Source: an uncultured virus (IMG/VR IMGVR_UViG_3300042319_001462) (lineage: Duplodnaviria > Heunggongvirae > Uroviricota > Caudoviricetes). Taken from it: DNA of 20,000 nucleotides. The notes under the pieces were generated by a model. That model ran no database searches. It was not told the origin of the DNA and saw nothing but the letters and a program-made list of their open reading frames with translations. Of the stretch, positions 15,851 through 20,000 are shown piece after piece (within the stretch, counting starts at the first letter, position 1; each line of letters opens with the position of its first letter). Where the stretch lies: IMG/VR virus record IMGVR_UViG_3300042319_001462, positions 51,329 through 71,328 of that record. One strand, written 5' to 3'. The translations under genes and the position numbers were made by a program.

Positions 15851-18850
15851 TTATTCGTCTCTTACAATTCCATCTGATGCATCAGTGTATACGCCAACAT
15901 CAGTGGGTAGTGTTGCGCCAACTGGAGTTGGTGGGGGTGACAATCGTTGTCTTTCTTCCACGGCATTCATTATTGCTGATCCATCGTCACTGCCCATTGG
16001 ATCAGTATATACCACTTCAGGACTAGGCGTTAATGATCCAGCGGCGCCAGCTAGGCGAGCAAGTCTAGCTGTCTCGGCTGCAGACTCATCGGGTTGATTT
16101 CTAGAGTCCGTAGAGGATGCACCTTGATTTGTTGCCCCGTTTTGTTCAACAAGTTTTTTAGTTGTTGTTACTGAATCTGGGAACACCAACATTACTCCTT
16201 CAAGATCCTGTGTAAAACTTCCTTTCCTGAAGTTACTGACCACAGTAACAGCTTTGTAGATGTATGTTTGTGTGGCTGCTCCGCCGGTGCCCTTAAGATC
16301 AATAACTCCTGTTGATAAATTATAATCAGCCGGCTTGTTAAACGATACTTCAAATAAAGCTTCACGTGAATCAAAATTAATGGTATCATCTGACAGGAAC
16401 GCATCAAAGTATACATCAGTTGATTCGTTACTAGAGTTCCCGGTGCTACGCACCCCTGACCATACTTCTCCTTGCTCAATCCAAGCAGGATCCCCAAGAA
16501 TGGTTAACTTTACACGACTTTGATCTCCCGGGCTGTACAAATAATCAGCGGCGTTTGCGCCTGGTTCGTTTGCATCACCCTCAAGGCCTTGGTTTGTCTG
16601 TGGGCTGTTGGGCGAAAACAGTCTCTTTTCAATTTCTCGATAGTCCGCTGTGCCTCGACTGCTGACGGTGGCTCTTGTGCGACTGTTGATGGTGATGTAA
16701 TACAGGTAATTAAAATCTTGCTCAAAATTCAATACAGATGTATTCTCTCCTGTGAACCAATAGGCATATCTTTTTTGAGCACCACGGAACACACCCTTGG
16801 GAAAATAATCACTCTTGATGTCATTGATGCCATAAGGAGCAATTTCATAAGTTATCTCATATGCAGTGTCGTTTCGTTTGTTGTCTTGTTTTAATGGTTT
16901 AGCCTGTGTGCCAATTCGATACCAGGCAAATGCCTTTGCGCCTGCACCTTGAGGTATTTCTTTGCCGTTTTGATCAATAATTTTATTCTGTTGTTTGTAA
17001 ACATAGTCACTGCTACGCACTGCTAGATCAATAAACTGAGTCAAACTCATACCAGCTGTTGCGCTGACTGTTTTGGCTCGAGTATTGACTGTTTGAGCAT
17101 TGGTATCAATTGCTTGAGCTGCTGTAGTAGCCTGTGTCATGGGCTTGGTTTTTAAATCTGTAATGGTTGGCGGAACTATGCTGGCATTTGCCAACTCGGG
17201 ATGACTGATAATAATTTTATACACATCAGCAACTTCGTATGTTCCTTGCTTGACCAGCTCTGCCTGGTACTTGTTCAAGGCCTGTGCCAGTCCAGTGGCC
17301 AAACTCACATCTGGGGCCGCGGCTGCATTAGATGGCGCAGTGACTGGACTTTGTTGTGTTCGATCAGTCTGTTGTCTATTTTTAGTTGCGGTCCATGTTT
17401 CGTTGCCTGAAAACAAATTTTGTAATGTTGTTGCAGTGAGTTCAATGTTGAAAGGAATGACACCTCGTCCTTGACTAGTTGCAATTGCATTTTGCGGACA
17501 CACAGCTTCACATGAGTATTCAGTAAGTCTATTAGATATTCTAAATTTTATGCCCGAGAACTGAAACGGAATAAATTTTTCCAAAATTGCATTTGTGTCT
17601 GATCTATTACCAGTTGAGCTAAGTGGTTTGGCTATATTGCCATTTTCATCATATCCGTAATAGCGAATCACCATTAGATAGTTCTGGGCGGCATAGTTTG
17701 CAGCCGCAGTTGCTTTAGATGCGCCGCCGCCTACGGTAACGTAGTTTTGCACAGCCTTGTACAAATTGTCCAGCAATGTGATTCCGTTTGGTTCTGTGAT
17801 TTTAAATTTAAGTTCAACTACATTGTGTGCGGCATTTGTGCCTTTCCCGTGAATTACACTTTTGACTTCAACATCATCTAGATAGTAATCTAGTGGAAAA
17901 AATTGATTGCGTCCTTTGCTGGTATTTCCAGAATCAAATGTTAATCCATTAATGGTTGTGTCAACTGAAGTTTGTGTTACATTGCCTGGAGCGCCGCCAC
18001 TTTGCATTAACAGTTGGTATCCCGGAATGAATCGTTTTTTTGTGGTCAACAATCTAGAGTAGTCGTCTGGACTCATCAAGTATATGCTGATTGAATAAGT
18101 GTAACTGCTGTATCTATCTAGCACGTTGGGACGAGGCACAATAGGTCTAGCAGTTTTATTAACCAAAGTTGTTATTGCATTACTGCCCGACACTTGAAGC
18201 TGTGACTGGTCCGTTGCACCTGCCGCAATTATGCCAGCGGTTGTGCCATCATCACTTGCGGCGCCTGCACCGGGTTCTCGTGCGGCTGTAATCACAATTT
18301 CGCCAAGGTCGGTTACATTTTCTTCGTCAGAAGGATTGGCACCACCAATTGAGGTTAACGATGTTGATGAATTGGTGCCCGGGGGTGTGGCCTGTGTTTC
18401 AGTTGTGGTTCTGATTCGGCCATCGGTACCAATGTCTGAGTCAGGTACAAATCTGTCAGCATTACTGAAGTTTGCAGAGTTGGATGGTGCTGCATCGTCT
18501 GAGTTTGCGCCGCCTGTTACCACCGGCACTGGAGGATCTTGTGCGGAAGCTCCGTTGTCTCTTGCTGCCTGAGCAGCAATTACCGTTTGACCTGCACTGG
18601 TAATTTCACCACCACGTGAGCCAGACTGAAGCTCGGCAGCGTTGGTTTCGGCTATGACATTGGTTAATTGTGTTATCCAATACTGTGCCGATGATGGGCT
18701 TATACTAGACGCCGCTTCCACTGCCGATCTTGCCGCTTCCAAGGCTGCTATAGTTTGTGCATAGCCGGGTTCTCCAAAAACTGCAAATTTGCGGGCCAGA
18801 CTTAACGCACGTTCAGCTTGTGCTGTGACATTACTAGGTAAAGCAGCCAT
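15851..18850 (-). CDS. Putative baseplate hub protein (gp27/gpD/VgrG-N-like) with low-complexity termini, 999 aa
   Basis: It lies between gp53 and the spike. The core has ELKFKITEPNGITLLDNL, and its end has VKLTILGDPAWI and IYKAVTVVSNFRKGSFTQDLEG, resembling the closing beta-barrel of hub proteins. The first ~235 and last ~100 residues are rich in S/T/A/G/P. Confidence 0.65.
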   Translation of the reverse strand: MAALPSNVTAQAERALSLARKFAVFGEPGYAQTIAALEAARSAVEAASSISPSSAQYWITQLTNVIAETNAAELQSGSRGGEITSAGQTVIAAQAARDNGASAQDPPVPVVTGGANSDDAAPSNSANFSNADRFVPDSDIGTDGRIRTTTETQATPPGTNSSTSLTSIGGANPSDEENVTDLGEIVITAAREPGAGAASDDGTTAGIIAAGATDQSQLQVSGSNAITTLVNKTARPIVPRPNVLDRYSSYTYSISIYLMSPDDYSRLLTTKKRFIPGYQLLMQSGGAPGNVTQTSVDTTINGLTFDSGNTSKGRNQFFPLDYYLDDVEVKSVIHGKGTNAAHNVVELKFKITEPNGITLLDNLYKAVQNYVTVGGGASKATAAANYAAQNYLMVIRYYGYDENGNIAKPLSSTGNRSDTNAILEKFIPFQFSGIKFRISNRLTEYSCEAVCPQNAIATSQGRGVIPFNIELTATTLQNLFSGNETWTATKNRQQTDRTQQSPVTAPSNAAAAPDVSLATGLAQALNKYQAELVKQGTYEVADVYKIIISHPELANASIVPPTITDLKTKPMTQATTAAQAIDTNAQTVNTRAKTVSATAGMSLTQFIDLAVRSSDYVYKQQNKIIDQNGKEIPQGAGAKAFAWYRIGTQAKPLKQDNKRNDTAYEITYEIAPYGINDIKSDYFPKGVFRGAQKRYAYWFTGENTSVLNFEQDFNYLYYITINSRTRATVSSRGTADYREIEKRLFSPNSPQTNQGLEGDANEPGANAADYLYSPGDQSRVKLTILGDPAWIEQGEVWSGVRSTGNSSNESTDVYFDAFLSDDTINFDSREALFEVSFNKPADYNLSTGVIDLKGTGGAATQTYIYKAVTVVSNFRKGSFTQDLEGVMLVFPDSVTTTKKLVEQNGATNQGASSTDSRNQPDESAAETARLARLAGAAGSLTPSPEVVYTDPMGSDDGSAIMNAVEERQRLSPPPTPVGATLPTDVGVYTDASDGIVRDE

Positions 18851-18853
18851 TGT

Positions 18854-19153
18854 TTAAAATCCCAAAGTTGAACGTAGCGTGGTAATCTTAGGCAGGTAGA
18901 TTGTTTTGCCAGCTTCAAAATCCCAAGGTGGTGCAGTTAATGTATTTGGGTTTCGCTGATAAAAAACCCACCACAAGCCAGCGTCAGCATACAAGTCAAA
19001 TGCCAGCAAATCAGGCCGGTACTGATATGTCTGATTGAGTTTGAAAAACACGTCATCACTTTCTCTGGGGAAAGATCGATTGACCATGCTGTCCAAATAA
19101 AACTGAGTGTACGGTGTTAAAAAATATGGGCTAGTTGCAGTATAATTGGCCAT
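18854..19153 (-). CDS. gp53: Baseplate wedge protein, gp53/LysM-like (P2 gpX-like), 99 aa
   Basis: YQYRPDLLAFDLYADAGLWWVFYQRN...FEAGKTIYLP matches the gp53/LysM pattern RPD.LA...YG...LWW.I...N.......G..I.IP. The start overlaps the upstream stop (TAATG). Confidence 0.85.
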   Translation of the reverse strand: MANYTATSPYFLTPYTQFYLDSMVNRSFPRESDDVFFKLNQTYQYRPDLLAFDLYADAGLWWVFYQRNPNTLTAPPWDFEAGKTIYLPKITTLRSTLGF

Positions 19154-20000
19154 TACCAGAATCCTCCCTTGAGCAAGTTGCCATTGGCAAAGTTTTTAAG
19201 ACTAAACTGTTGACTAACTTGTTGTCGAGTCTGTATTGGCATTAGAGTTAGTGTTATGTCCATTTTTGTAGGAACATAGGTTGGGGCGTTTGTTCCCAAC
19301 GTAGTTGGTGCGGGAGGTGAGTTTAGAGCACCTGGCTTCAATCCGTTAAGTCCAGCATTGGCCAATCTAATCAACGATGCCAGAGCTGATCCTGCGCCCG
19401 TAGTCGGTAAACTTTGTCGATCTCTGCGCTGAAGCAAACTAGTGCCATCAAGATTTACACTTCGTGCACGAATATAATCAACATCTGCTGGCAAGTTGTA
19501 GTTAAAGGCTTTTACCACGCATGGGTGCAAATTAAACTGGTATTCACCAAGGCCTTGCAGGAACACAAGCGGTGGCGGTAGTCCTCGCTGAGCATCCTGT
19601 CCGTAAAACATTTTTGTAACACTCTTGAAAAAGTGAATCACTGCCAGCAAATAGTTTGCCTCACTAGTGTCTTGTGCTGTGAACATTGCCGAGATTGAGA
19701 TATCGTCAACATAGCTGTTTTGATAAAAGTGGCCTCGATAGTTAGAGTGTGTTAGATCATAACTGCTGTAGTTTGCTCCGTATGTGGTCTGAATGGTAGG
19801 AGTATAAGGAAATATAACACCATCTGTGACTTGGAGTGGATACAAAATGCCATCTTGAGTGATCTCTGGATCATTGTACAGATAATTTGATGCTCCGGCC
19901 AATCTCAATTTAACACGCCAGTCACCGTTGTTGGCTTGCTTGCGCTGAGATTCGATTGCGGCTTGGCTGCGTGCTCGTATGGTGGCTGCTTGAGTCAATG
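19153..20000 (-). CDS. Putative tail tube initiator/baseplate cap (gp48/gp54- or Afp7/Pvc7-like), 5'-truncated
   Basis: Motifs GVIFPYTPTI..Y....LTHSNY..FYQNS.VDDISISAMFT and GLPPPLVFLQGLGEYQFNLHPCVVKAFNYNLP..VPTKMDITLTL resemble tube-fold initiator proteins, and the gene directly precedes the LysM/gp53 gene. The frame is open to the window edge, so the TTG at 19998 is probably not the true start. Confidence 0.65.
   Translation of the reverse strand, partial: LTQAATIRARSQAAIESQRKQANNGDWRVKLRLAGASNYLYNDPEITQDGILYPLQVTDGVIFPYTPTIQTTYGANYSSYDLTHSNYRGHFYQNSYVDDISISAMFTAQDTSEANYLLAVIHFFKSVTKMFYGQDAQRGLPPPLVFLQGLGEYQFNLHPCVVKAFNYNLPADVDYIRARSVNLDGTSLLQRRDRQSLPTTGAGSALASLIRLANAGLNGLKPGALNSPPAPTTLGTNAPTYVPTKMDITLTLMPIQTRQQVSQQFSLKNFANGNLLKGGFW

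Noticed and set aside
9151..19155. All six visible stop codons are TAA, which could hint at TAG/TGA reassignment
   Set aside because: The long ORFs are intact under the standard code with no in-frame TAG or TGA to read through. TAA preference is ordinary in AT-rich phage genes.
19996..19998. TTG start assigned by the ORF track
   Set aside because: The frame stays open to the window edge, so the true start probably lies upstream.

Overview
The whole window is one tightly packed, minus-strand structural operon of a large (probably jumbo) contractile-tailed phage: a baseplate module. In transcription order it encodes a tube-initiator/cap-like protein (5'-truncated), a gp53/LysM-like wedge protein, a 999-aa putative hub protein, a 914-aa gp5/VgrG-like spike with a long C-terminal extension, gp25, an enlarged 1166-aa gp6 wedge, and a giant ORF of more than 3050 aa (9151 to <1). 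The ORF track omits that giant ORF because it has no stop in the window. It carries a gp7/P2-gpI-like KGT motif, repeated ~65-70-aa beta-sandwich modules and an FG-GAP-like propeller interrupted by nested domain insertions. Two ATAAATA late-promoter-like motifs lie in the intergenic gaps, one only 4 nt from an ATG. The most interesting observations are the giant modular wedge/adhesin protein, the spike extension (degenerate lysozyme-like domain, 11-residue amphipathic repeats, Gly-Leu zipper tail) and a TonB-box-like motif in the hub's disordered N-terminus. All assignments come from motif recognition and synteny; no database searches were run.
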